Translations under genes and position numbers: made by a program
Origin: a virus
Lineage: Duplodnaviria > Caudoviricetes
Reading direction: 5' to 3' (one strand)
DNA: 64,000 nt
Virus record (IMG/VR): IMGVR_UViG_3300033067_002581
Coordinates: 90,908-154,907 of that record
Shown here: positions 30,217 through 39,337 of the stretch, one piece after another
Layout of the letters: each line of letters begins with the position of its first letter
How positions within the stretch are numbered: the first letter of the stretch is position 1
The notes under the pieces: generated by a model
What the model was told of the DNA's origin: nothing
What the model saw: the letters and a program-made list of their open reading frames with translations, nothing else
The model's database searches: none

Positions 30217-31229
30217 GCCCCCGCTGGGTGTAACTCGCCGTCTGACGTCTCAACTACTCCATGTCGCGCAGCATCATCAAGCGTAATAAGAACTCTCTCT
30301 GTTTCACGCATTCTTAGGTGCGAAAACGCCGATGTGCGAAAGCGAACGTGTACTACGCCACCGAGCGACGTCGCTCGATCTTCAGCGATGATCGAGTTTA
30401 TGTGATCAGCGCTATCACGAAGCTGCGAGGCTGCGCGATCTCGACGCTGTAACGCGACATCGCTAACGCTCTGTATCGTGACGATCCTGTCGCTAACCGT
30501 TACTTTCCGCGCTGACACGTCTGCGTACATCACTGATGCGATTGTCATATTATCACTGATACCGATCCCGAGCATCGCGGCAACGTCTCCAAGAGAGTTC
30601 ACTGTCTCAAGATCTAAGTGAAATTCCAATACGCTAACGTTGATCTTGTGAAGATCGCAGTTTTTCTGAAGAGTTGTGCGAACGTCATCTGTGAGACCAC
30701 GACACATTATGAGTGTCGGGACCTGATCGAGCGCCGTCGTCAGCAGGCGATCTATCTCTGATATCGTCTCAATCGTCCCATCGATCGCGACGGCTCTCAC
30801 AGGATTCATCTCACGCACACCACATGAGCTCGACGCCTTTACCGACCCGCCAGATATGAATTCAATGCTCTGCATGTCACTATCAGATTCAGACAAGATG
30901 ATCCTCGCGCCTCGCATGTATGATGCAGAAAAACATAGCAGCGCTATCGATCTGATCACGTCAGTTTCTGGAATCATTGAGATCAGTCTGAACGCAAGAG
31001 ACCGCGTGAGACTGTGATGCTGTTTAACGTAATGACCCGCTCTAAGCGAGCGAAGAGCGTGAGCGTAGCTGGGGTTATCAGTTGCTAGCAAATCAGCTAG
31101 TTGGTACTGTGTCCATCCGCGAGAAGTTCTGACACGTAGTTGTAGATCGCTCTTGCGATCAGACCCAAAAAGCTTCCCGAAAACGTCACGCCGATCCAGC
31201 TCAGTATTTTCGAGACATTCGCTTGCCAT
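30180..31229 (-). CDS. Truncated GroEL/Cpn60-like protein (intermediate + apical domains); start probably near 31091
   Basis: Collinear with GroEL: AVAIDGTIETISEIDRLL, PTLIMCRGLTDDVRTTLQKN, SLGDVAAMLG, ARKVTVS, EDRATSLGGVVHV, TLDDAARHGVV; no GDGTTT. Confidence 0.72.
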   Translation of the reverse strand: MASECLENTELDRRDVFGKLFGSDRKSDLQLRVRTSRGWTQYQLADLLATDNPSYAHALRSLRAGHYVKQHHSLTRSLAFRLISMIPETDVIRSIALLCFSASYMRGARIILSESDSDMQSIEFISGGSVKASSSCGVREMNPVRAVAIDGTIETISEIDRLLTTALDQVPTLIMCRGLTDDVRTTLQKNCDLHKINVSVLEFHLDLETVNSLGDVAAMLGIGISDNMTIASVMYADVSARKVTVSDRIVTIQSVSDVALQRRDRAASQLRDSADHINSIIAEDRATSLGGVVHVRFRTSAFSHLRMRETERVLITLDDAARHGVVETSDGELHPAGAYDLAAGFFDRE

Positions 31230-31462
31230 TGCTTGATCTCTTCAGTCTGCTTCACAAGCGTGGCAATGTTCTCTCCTTTTTTTGCTGTGTCCGAAACCAC
31301 GTGTTCAAGAGCCTTGTCTATGAACTCCTGTTTCGTGCGTAGCGCGATCAGCGATTTCTCTAATTCTGTTAAAGAGTCATCTGTCTCCTTGACCTCAGCC
31401 TCGATCTTATTGATCTCTATCTCCATAGTGGAGATTCTTTGTCTTGTCTGTGTATCTGGCAT
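31097..31462 (-). CDS. Coiled-coil protein with C-terminal transmembrane helix (XhlA/holin-like)
   Basis: Heptad-rich N-terminus, hydrophobic ILSWIGVTFSGSFLGLIARAIY. Confidence 0.5.
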   Translation of the reverse strand: MPDTQTRQRISTMEIEINKIEAEVKETDDSLTELEKSLIALRTKQEFIDKALEHVVSDTAKKGENIATLVKQTEEIKQWQANVSKILSWIGVTFSGSFLGLIARAIYNYVSELLADGHSTN

Positions 31463-31475
31463 CTTCTATTCTCTA

Positions 31476-31551
31476 GATCTGATCTGTTCTGATCTGTTAA
31501 TACAGCTAAATCAGCTGATCTGATCTAAATGGATCGATCGCGCGACACGCG
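31476..31551. repeat. GATC-dense divergent intergenic element with tandem TCTGATCTGT
   Basis: 7 GATC in 31476-31539, tandem TCTGATCTGT x2 (31478-31497), CTAAAT x2, then CGCGACACGCG. Confidence 0.6.
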
Positions 31552-31626
31552 AGAATCAATTTTGCGATTCTGCATCGTTTGTTCTGTGATAGAATCACAA
31601 ACGCACGCTTAATTCAAGGACACCAA

Positions 31627-33504
31627 ATGCAATCTCCTTTTGAGTCAGCTTCAGTGCCCAAGGCTACAGACGTCATCATCGTTAACGATTTCTTTTGTGA
31701 AGAAATGCTGGGTGGAGCGGAGCTGACAACCGAAGCGATCATAGATGAGCTACGATCGCGAGATCTTAAGATAGCGAAGATCAGATCAGAAACGCTCACA
31801 CCCCAGCTAGTGTATGACAATCGCGGTCCGCTCTGGATCATCTGCAATTTCACCAGAGCTGACGTCAGGGCTCTATCAAGCATCGTCAGACTCGTTCGAT
31901 ACATCGTCATAGAGTATGACTTCAAGTTTTGCTCAGCGAGATCACCTGAAAAACACAAGGCTGAGACTGGAAAAGCCTGCCAGTGTGGTTTAGCCGAACA
32001 TGGCAAGTTTGTCTCTGAGTTGTTCTCGTCGGCGCAGGCAGTCATCTGGATGTCAGAGAGACAGCGCGACATCACTCTCGCTGCGTGTCAAAACATGAGA
32101 CCCAGAAAGCAGATGGTCACATCAAGCGTGTTCACTGATGCGACGCTTGACAACCTAGCGTCGCTAAGGGTGAAAGAGCGTTCAGCAAAGTGGATCGTGT
32201 TGCGATCCGATTCGTGGATCAAGGGAACGAAGCAATCGCTAGCAGTTGCGGTGTCAAAGGGGCTCGACTATGAACTTGTGGGACATGTCTCGTATGATGA
32301 GATGCTTCAGAAGCTTGCGAGCTCGTCGGGTATCGTCTATCACCCACCGGGCGGCGATACGTGCCCTCGGTTAATCATCGAGGCAGCGATCCTCGGCATT
32401 CAGATCGACATCAATGATAACGTCCTTCATGTGCATGAGCCATGGTCTGCGTTGCGTGGCGATGAGCTCATCATCGCGTTAAAGAAGAAAAGAGCCGCCG
32501 CCGCTGATTTCATCTGTAACGAATTAAAAGTTATGATCAGCGGGTACGTGACGACGCTTGACTGCCTATCAAAGGGTTATCCGATCATTGATTGCATCAG
32601 GTCAATGATCGCGTTCTGCAATGAAGTGATCGTGTTTGACGGTGGTTCGACTGATAACACGCTGCATCTGATAAGCGATTCATTCGATCCGAGCAAGGTG
32701 AAGGTGTTCACTCACGTCATCGATATGACCGATCCAGGCTTCGCTCTTGAGGATGGTGAGCAGAAAGCGAGAGCGAGAGCGAAATGCATGGGTGATTTTT
32801 GTTGGCAGCAGGATGCTGACGAGATCGTCGATGAACGTGACGCACTTGACATACAATTGATGGCAGCCAGGATGCCTGCAGACATCAACGTCGTGTGTCT
32901 CCCGGTCATCGAGTTCTGGGGGTCGCTTGATAAGGTTCGCGTCGATGTTACGCCATGGAAATGGCGTCTCAGCAGGAATGACAAGAATATCACACACGGT
33001 GTGCCAAGAATGCTACGATCTCACACACTAGACGGGCGCAGGATCGCATTGCATGGCACTGATGGCTGCGACATGATTTTTAAAGACTCTGGTGAACCAG
33101 TCGATAGCGCGACATTCATGACTCACGACGCTGACAGAGATAGGCAGCTAGCTCTGAATGGCGATACGTCAGCGCTTGAGAGATATGATGCATGGTTTGA
33201 CACAGTGACTACGATGCTTCCAAGCGTCTTTCACGTCAGCTGGCTTGACATCAATCGCAAGCTACATCTCTATAAAGCGTATTGGACTGCGCATTGGGCG
33301 TCACTGTACGGTGAAACACCAAAAAACAATTTCTTTGATAAGGATTGGGATGATGTCTCAGACGCTGAGATTCTCGCTCTATCACAAGATCTAAAAAAGA
33401 TCGGAGGTTGGATCTGGCACAGACCTTGGTCTGGTGCCGTTACACCACACATCAGGTGTCATCGACCTATGCCGAGATCGATAACGATCGGAGTGGCGTC
33501 ATGA
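31627..33504 (+). CDS. Two-domain glycosyltransferase (GT4/GT-B-like + GT2/GT-A)
   Basis: GGAE N-terminal loop and DTCPRLIIEA; second domain IVFDGGSTDNT and QQDADE (DxD); AAGGA before ATG 31627. Confidence 0.85.
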   Translation: MQSPFESASVPKATDVIIVNDFFCEEMLGGAELTTEAIIDELRSRDLKIAKIRSETLTPQLVYDNRGPLWIICNFTRADVRALSSIVRLVRYIVIEYDFKFCSARSPEKHKAETGKACQCGLAEHGKFVSELFSSAQAVIWMSERQRDITLAACQNMRPRKQMVTSSVFTDATLDNLASLRVKERSAKWIVLRSDSWIKGTKQSLAVAVSKGLDYELVGHVSYDEMLQKLASSSGIVYHPPGGDTCPRLIIEAAILGIQIDINDNVLHVHEPWSALRGDELIIALKKKRAAAADFICNELKVMISGYVTTLDCLSKGYPIIDCIRSMIAFCNEVIVFDGGSTDNTLHLISDSFDPSKVKVFTHVIDMTDPGFALEDGEQKARARAKCMGDFCWQQDADEIVDERDALDIQLMAARMPADINVVCLPVIEFWGSLDKVRVDVTPWKWRLSRNDKNITHGVPRMLRSHTLDGRRIALHGTDGCDMIFKDSGEPVDSATFMTHDADRDRQLALNGDTSALERYDAWFDTVTTMLPSVFHVSWLDINRKLHLYKAYWTAHWASLYGETPKNNFFDKDWDDVSDAEILALSQDLKKIGGWIWHRPWSGAVTPHIRCHRPMPRSITIGVAS

Positions 33505-34532
33505 GAGCGATCGTAACTGGAGCGCACGGCCTGATAGGATCGCACGTATCTCACCTTCTGCTGTCGTTGGGTCATCGCGTCTTTGGCATTGACAACGATA
33601 GTAGAGCAGTGTTTTTCGGTCAGACTGCTTCCACGGCTAACGGAGCCGTCAGCCTTCGGTCTCACGCCAATTACACTGATGTACCAACTGATGTCTCTGA
33701 TTGTGAGAGCGTAAATGCTATCGTTGCGCACGCGCGACCAGATCTTGTCATTCATGCCGCCGCGCAGCCGTCTCATGATCGCGCTGCAGAGATCCCGTTC
33801 CTTGACGCGCAAACAAATATCATCGGAACGCTGACGATCCTCGAGGCTATCAGAAGGCGCTCACCTCAAGCGACGTTCATACACCTGTCAACAAACAAGG
33901 TCTACGGCGATCACCCAAACGCGATCCCTCTCATAGAACTAGAGTCAAGGTACGACTACGCTGACGGTCGAGCGGGCATCACTGAGGACACGCCTGTCGT
34001 CTCAGGCGTTCACTCACTGTTTGGTGTTTCAAAGCTCGCCGCCGAGGCTTACGTGACAGAATATGGAAAGAACTTCGGGCTGCGGACCTGCTCACTCAGG
34101 GGAGGTTGCTTGACTGGTCCAGGTCACGCTTCTGTGCAGGCGCACGGGTTCATGTCATACATGATCAACTGCTTTTTAAACCGATCAAGGTATACGGTTT
34201 TTGGTTACAAGGGAAAGCAGGTCAGAGACCAGTTGCACGCAGCCGATGTCGCTGACCTGATCCTCGCGATAATGGATTCACCCTTCGAACCAGGTTCGGT
34301 GTTCAATATCGGTGGTGGTCGAAGCAACAGCGCGTCTGTGATCGAGTGCATCGACATAATCTCACAGATGACAGGTCTGAAACTAGACTGGTCGTACTCT
34401 GACAAACACAGGACTGGTGATCACGTCTGTTATATCACTGACAACTCCGCGATATCAGCGATCACAGGATGGTCGCCGACAAGATCCATTGAAAAGATCG
34501 TCACAGACATAATCCAACAGAAAACTAAATGA
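33501..34532 (+). CDS. NAD-dependent nucleotide-sugar epimerase, CDP-paratose 2-epimerase (RfbE)-like
   Basis: TGAHGLIG, HAAAQPSHD, STNKVYG, FGVSK, GKQVRD, FNIGGG, RTGD. Confidence 0.88.
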   Translation: MRAIVTGAHGLIGSHVSHLLLSLGHRVFGIDNDSRAVFFGQTASTANGAVSLRSHANYTDVPTDVSDCESVNAIVAHARPDLVIHAAAQPSHDRAAEIPFLDAQTNIIGTLTILEAIRRRSPQATFIHLSTNKVYGDHPNAIPLIELESRYDYADGRAGITEDTPVVSGVHSLFGVSKLAAEAYVTEYGKNFGLRTCSLRGGCLTGPGHASVQAHGFMSYMINCFLNRSRYTVFGYKGKQVRDQLHAADVADLILAIMDSPFEPGSVFNIGGGRSNSASVIECIDIISQMTGLKLDWSYSDKHRTGDHVCYITDNSAISAITGWSPTRSIEKIVTDIIQQKTK

Positions 34533-35440
34533 CAAAGATCACGATCGGCATTGTGAATTGCAACAGGCTGTTTTATCTCAAGGCGCAGGTTACATCGCTG
34601 ATAGCGAGCTTAGCGACAGACACGAGAGATGTGCAGCTGATCGTCGTTGATAACGCCTCATCGGAGGAGTCGACTAAAGATTATCTGAAGTATTTGAAAT
34701 CACTGACGTGTTTTGCTGAGACGATCGTGATAGAGCGTGAGTTCCGAGATCCCAGTAACGAATTCGCGATCGCGCTCAACTCTATAGTCTTAGCTGCGAC
34801 AGGCGAGATCATAATCCCGCTCCAGGGCGACGCGCAGTTTATAAGGCGTGAGTGGTTAAGAGATGTCACTGATGCGTGCAATAGAAGAGACTGCGGATGC
34901 GTCATAATCGACGCTCAGCGAGCCATCACGCATCATAAGAACGAGCCGATCAGGATCTCAAATTCACTATTCATTGATTTTGCGCGTCGACCTATCGCTG
35001 GCGCTGGTGATGTAGCGTATCCATCTCGCGTTATAAAGCGTTTAGCGCCATGGCGCGTTCAGAACGAATCACATGAGGGCGGGCACGACTCTGAGACAGA
35101 ATTTCTGAACAGAAATAGCGTACAGATGGTTGGCAAGGAGCTGCTATGTTACGTGCTCGCGGTCCCAGCGATGCTCACGATCCAGACAGATCCGATCGGG
35201 ACTAACGCAAGAGTTCGCGGTGATAAGCGTTATGGAGAGTATTTTCCTGCGCAGAGTAATGATCTGTATTATGAGATGAGTGATGCGCTTCGCTCTGGTG
35301 ACAAGCCCGCAAGCGCCGAGGACGTGATACGAGTCTGTCGCCCGATCGGCTGGCACGTGTCTCTTGGGAGCGACGGATCGTGGCTTAAAAATCCGATCGA
35401 TCCGCTGACGGCAACGCCTGCTCAGTGGGTGACTGTATGA
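34529..35440 (+). CDS. GT2-family glycosyltransferase
   Basis: IGIVNCNR, IVVDNAS, ALN, LQGDAQF. Confidence 0.8.
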   Translation: MTKITIGIVNCNRLFYLKAQVTSLIASLATDTRDVQLIVVDNASSEESTKDYLKYLKSLTCFAETIVIEREFRDPSNEFAIALNSIVLAATGEIIIPLQGDAQFIRREWLRDVTDACNRRDCGCVIIDAQRAITHHKNEPIRISNSLFIDFARRPIAGAGDVAYPSRVIKRLAPWRVQNESHEGGHDSETEFLNRNSVQMVGKELLCYVLAVPAMLTIQTDPIGTNARVRGDKRYGEYFPAQSNDLYYEMSDALRSGDKPASAEDVIRVCRPIGWHVSLGSDGSWLKNPIDPLTATPAQWVTV

Positions 35441-36162
35441 ACAAGTTTCATTTCTTGATACCGATGAGAGAGGCGCATCGCACACTCAAGCAGTGCCTGC
35501 TTTCAATCATGTCTCAGAGTTACACACGCTGGCGCGTCACGATAGTTGATGATGCGTCAAGCCCAGAGTCTAAGAATGAAAGTAAGCGAATAGTGAGAGA
35601 GCTGCAGAAACTATGCAGTGACGAGCAGGTGATCAACCTGATCTGTAGAGACAGCAGATCATGGGAGACATCTAACGTTCTGCTAGCGCTTGATGAATGT
35701 GATGATCGTGAGATAGCGTGCAGGTTAGACGCCGATGATTGGCTGACGGAGAATGATGCGTTACACGCGATAAACGCGGCTTATGAATCAACGAAATGTG
35801 ACGTTCTGTGGACGATGCACAGGTGGGGGTTCACCAGCATGAACATCTCAGCTCCACTTCCAGCAAACGCTGATCCGTATGAGCATCCATGGGTCAGCAG
35901 TCACCTCAAGACATGGCGAGCGTCGCTGTCTAAGCGAATTAACGTCGAGAATTATCGAAACGAGCGTGGTGAGTTCGTGAAGCGAGCTGGAGATCAGGCG
36001 ATCTTCCTACCAGTTCTGAAGATTGCCGCGAACAGAGTATTTCTGCCGATCGTCACGTATCACTACAACATAGAGATGACATCACAAACATTCAACTCAG
36101 ACGACGCTAGATTTCAGAGAGACGAGGCTGAATTTATCAGACGCAGAGGGTTCATCAGATGA
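35437..36162 (+). CDS. GT2-family glycosyltransferase
   Basis: CLLSIMSQSY, IVDDASS, RLDADDWL, AGD. Confidence 0.9.
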   Translation: MNKFHFLIPMREAHRTLKQCLLSIMSQSYTRWRVTIVDDASSPESKNESKRIVRELQKLCSDEQVINLICRDSRSWETSNVLLALDECDDREIACRLDADDWLTENDALHAINAAYESTKCDVLWTMHRWGFTSMNISAPLPANADPYEHPWVSSHLKTWRASLSKRINVENYRNERGEFVKRAGDQAIFLPVLKIAANRVFLPIVTYHYNIEMTSQTFNSDDARFQRDEAEFIRRRGFIR

Positions 36163-37043
36163 AAGTTTTTGTGTCGCGGGCGCCGGTCGCTGGGCCGTGG
36201 GGCGGAGGCAATCGATGGCTACGAGCGTTCTATGATGAGCTGCTAGCGTGCGGTCACACGATCACAGACGCATTAAGTGCTGACGTTCTTGTCGCTGTCG
36301 CTGTGAGTAGGGGTAGTGACGCAGAGCTCAGTGTCGCGGATGTATGTAACATAGCGCGGGCGCGAAACAAGAAGTGCGTCTTCAGGGTCAATGATTGCGA
36401 CGCCAGAAAAGGCACGACTGATGTCGATGCACGTGTCATGAGCGCGATAGCGAAGTATGACGCTACGATATTCGTGTCTGACTGGATCCGTCAGTATTTT
36501 GTAGCTGACCATCAACACACAGTCATCATCAACGGCGTTGATCATGAGGTGTTCACACCGTCAGATCGACATGCTCGTGAGCAGTCTCATACGCTCAAGA
36601 TCGTCACACATCACTGGTCTGATAACCTCATGAAAGGCGCTCACTGGTATGAGGCGATTGATGAGATGTCACAAGAACTCGATGTCGTTTTTACATACAT
36701 TGGCAGACACAGGTGCTCATTCTCAAAACGCACTATCATCGTGCCGCCATGTGATGGCCCTGAGCTCGCGGCGCACCTCAAGACCAACGATCTGTATGTA
36801 AGCGGATCAATATGTGACCCAGGACCGAATCATATCATCGAGGCCGTGATGTGTGGTTTGCCTCTTATAGTCTCGTCTGATGGTGGTGGGTGTGTTGAGT
36901 TCGCCGCTGGCGCGAGCGTCGTCTCAACTATAGAGCAACTTAAGTCAGTGATAAGACTGAGGCGTTTCAAGAGATCAACGATGACCTTTCAGACGTGGAA
37001 AGATTGCGCGAGAGCCTACGTGTCTGTCATAGAGTCGCTCTAA
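36159..37043 (+). CDS. GT4-like glycosyltransferase
   Basis: PWGGGN, IFVSDW, VIINGVD..F, KG, DPGPNHIIEA..CGLP. Confidence 0.88.
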   Translation: MKVFVSRAPVAGPWGGGNRWLRAFYDELLACGHTITDALSADVLVAVAVSRGSDAELSVADVCNIARARNKKCVFRVNDCDARKGTTDVDARVMSAIAKYDATIFVSDWIRQYFVADHQHTVIINGVDHEVFTPSDRHAREQSHTLKIVTHHWSDNLMKGAHWYEAIDEMSQELDVVFTYIGRHRCSFSKRTIIVPPCDGPELAAHLKTNDLYVSGSICDPGPNHIIEAVMCGLPLIVSSDGGGCVEFAAGASVVSTIEQLKSVIRLRRFKRSTMTFQTWKDCARAYVSVIESL

Positions 37044-37060
37044 TAGCGCAGGAGCATGAG

Positions 37061-37414
37061 ATGAAACAGAGATTCGCTATTATCGTAGAGAGCATCGCGC
37101 AGGCGGCGCTAGACTGTTATGTTGAGTCAGCGCTGACGGCCGAGACAGTGTCGGAAATGCAGCGAGACCTTCGTTGCAGGTTTCGCAAGATGATAAAAAA
37201 GATAGGCCAGCCAGTGTCAGAGCGCGCAGCTGATTGGATCGCTGATGAGCACCTGAGGCTCGCCAGACCGAACGGAAAGGAGACTCTAGAAGAGATGAAC
37301 ATGATACGTGATCCCGTGAGAGTCTCTGACCTCAGGTTTGGAGAGATAGAGCTTCTTAAGAAGCTGTTCCCGGCAGATGTCTCCGATCTTTATGATCGGC
37401 TGAATCAATCATGA
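37061..37414 (+). CDS. Hypothetical protein
   Basis: ATG at 37061 after GGAG; overlaps next gene by 4 bp. Confidence 0.5.
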   Translation: MKQRFAIIVESIAQAALDCYVESALTAETVSEMQRDLRCRFRKMIKKIGQPVSERAADWIADEHLRLARPNGKETLEEMNMIRDPVRVSDLRFGEIELLKKLFPADVSDLYDRLNQS

Positions 37415-38337
37415 AGATTGCGTTTCACAACGTTGATTTTCGATCACGCACCGGCCCAAACGCATTCTGCACGCGTCTCGCTAAGCAGCTCGCTCTCATG
37501 GGTCATGAGCTAAGCGATCCAGGATCACGATGTGATGTCGATCTGATAAACATCGAGTCGCACCAGAGACCGAGCGGCAGAGTCCAGATCCAGAGGCTTG
37601 ATGGGATCTGGACAAGAGCGACTGATGACGCGATCAACACGCCGATCAGGCGCTGGTATGATCGCTCGCACACCGTCATCTGGCAATCAGAATATGACAG
37701 ATCGTTAGTTCACAGGCGCTGGGGTGTCAGAACTGGCTATGTGATACACAATGGTTGCTCGCGACTTGGCGCTTTAGATGATAGCATCATGGCACGCGTT
37801 GGTGCGCTATCGCAGGTAGTTTTCTGCTCGATCGCATCATGGCACGCTCAGAAACGTCTCAGAGCTAACGTCGAGTTTATGCGAAGCTATGGACGTGAGC
37901 ATGGCGTGAAAACGTGTCTCATCGTGATCGGTGGATCGGCTGAGGCGTTGCCTGGTCCGGATGTGTTTTACTGTGGCGACGCTGATCCTGATATGTGTGC
38001 ATCAATTTTAAAAGCGTCGCGAGCCATGGTTCATCTCGCCTGGCGCGATCACTGCCCAAACGCGGTGGTTGAGTCTCTGAGCTTGGGAACGCCTGTCATC
38101 TGCGCAACCAGCGGTGGAACGCGAGAATTGCTGACAGATCAATCAGGCGTGATAATCTGTGATCATGATGATAGCGCGATAGACTCAACTACGTTTGACT
38201 TTGACGCGCCTCCAGACATAGACGTATCAGGATACGTGACGATACCAGAGAAAGATTCGTTTCAGAGCGATTTCTCTATTGAACGCGCGGCTCTCATGTA
38301 TGAGAGCGTCATGAAAGAGGCGTTAGATGCATGCTAA
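37411..38337 (+). CDS. GT4-like glycosyltransferase
   Basis: TGP, IWQSEY, VIHNG, QKR, DHCPNAVVESLSLGTPVI. Confidence 0.88.
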   Translation: MKIAFHNVDFRSRTGPNAFCTRLAKQLALMGHELSDPGSRCDVDLINIESHQRPSGRVQIQRLDGIWTRATDDAINTPIRRWYDRSHTVIWQSEYDRSLVHRRWGVRTGYVIHNGCSRLGALDDSIMARVGALSQVVFCSIASWHAQKRLRANVEFMRSYGREHGVKTCLIVIGGSAEALPGPDVFYCGDADPDMCASILKASRAMVHLAWRDHCPNAVVESLSLGTPVICATSGGTRELLTDQSGVIICDHDDSAIDSTTFDFDAPPDIDVSGYVTIPEKDSFQSDFSIERAALMYESVMKEALDAC

Positions 38338-39337
38338 AAAGGGTGTTGCGTTAGTGACAGGTGTGACTGGCCAGGATGGCTCATACCTCGCTGAGAAGCT
38401 GCTGCTTCATGGTTATGACGTCGTTGGTACAAGGCGCGCCGCGCATACAAGCGCAGCGTCACATGAGAACCTCGCGATGGCTCACGTGATCGCCAGTCGA
38501 ACGTGCAGAACACTAGATGTGACAGAGCTCGACCTGACGTGTACCGCTGACGTATCGTCTGTCATCAGAGCCGTCAGACCAGATCTGGTCTTCAACATGG
38601 CTGCGCAAGCTCACGTTGGGCTATCGTTTACAAGACCTGAATACACGCTTAATGTCACTGGTGTTGGCGCCGCGAGGGTTCTTGAGGCGTGCATAGAGAA
38701 CTCGACGAAAACCTGTAGAATCTACCAGGCGTCGACGAGCGAGATGTTTGGTGGGACCGATGGTCAACCTCTCAGTTCTCGCTCTAAGTTTGATCCCAAA
38801 TCACCATACGCTGCGGCGAAGCTGATGGCTCATCAGATCGCGACGATGTATCGAAAGCGTGGCGCGTTCGTGTCATGTGGTATCCTCTTCAATCACGAGA
38901 GCCCGCGTCGCGGGCTCGATTTTGTCACTCGAAAGATCACGACTGCATTCGCAGGGATGAAAGTCGGAAAGGTATCGAGCCTAGCGCTCGGTACGCTGAC
39001 AGCTCGCAGAGACTGGGGGTTCGCTCCAGAATACGTTGACGTCATGATAAGGTCTCTTGAAGCCGACGAACCCGCAGATTTTGTCGTGGGCACTGGTGTC
39101 TCGCACAGCGTGTCAGACATAGTCGTCGCCGCTGGCCGGTGCGCTGGGATGACAGCTGATGAAGCGCTTAGCAAAGTTAGCGTCTCTGACAGTCTGGCAC
39201 GGCCGATAGAGGTCAAAGAGCTGATCGCTGATACCTCTGAGGCGTTAGATCTATTTGGTTGGAAGAGCTCTGTTTCATTTGAGCAGATGATCGCTGATAT
39301 GTTTGACAGCGATCTCAAGATCGCGAGAAAATCATGA
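38327..39337 (+). CDS. gmd: GDP-mannose 4,6-dehydratase
   Basis: TGVTGQDGSYLAE, AAQAHV, QASTSEMFG, SPYAAAK, GILFNHESPRRG, FVTRKIT, RDWG. Confidence 0.96.
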   Translation: MHAKKGVALVTGVTGQDGSYLAEKLLLHGYDVVGTRRAAHTSAASHENLAMAHVIASRTCRTLDVTELDLTCTADVSSVIRAVRPDLVFNMAAQAHVGLSFTRPEYTLNVTGVGAARVLEACIENSTKTCRIYQASTSEMFGGTDGQPLSSRSKFDPKSPYAAAKLMAHQIATMYRKRGAFVSCGILFNHESPRRGLDFVTRKITTAFAGMKVGKVSSLALGTLTARRDWGFAPEYVDVMIRSLEADEPADFVVGTGVSHSVSDIVVAAGRCAGMTADEALSKVSVSDSLARPIEVKELIADTSEALDLFGWKSSVSFEQMIADMFDSDLKIARKS

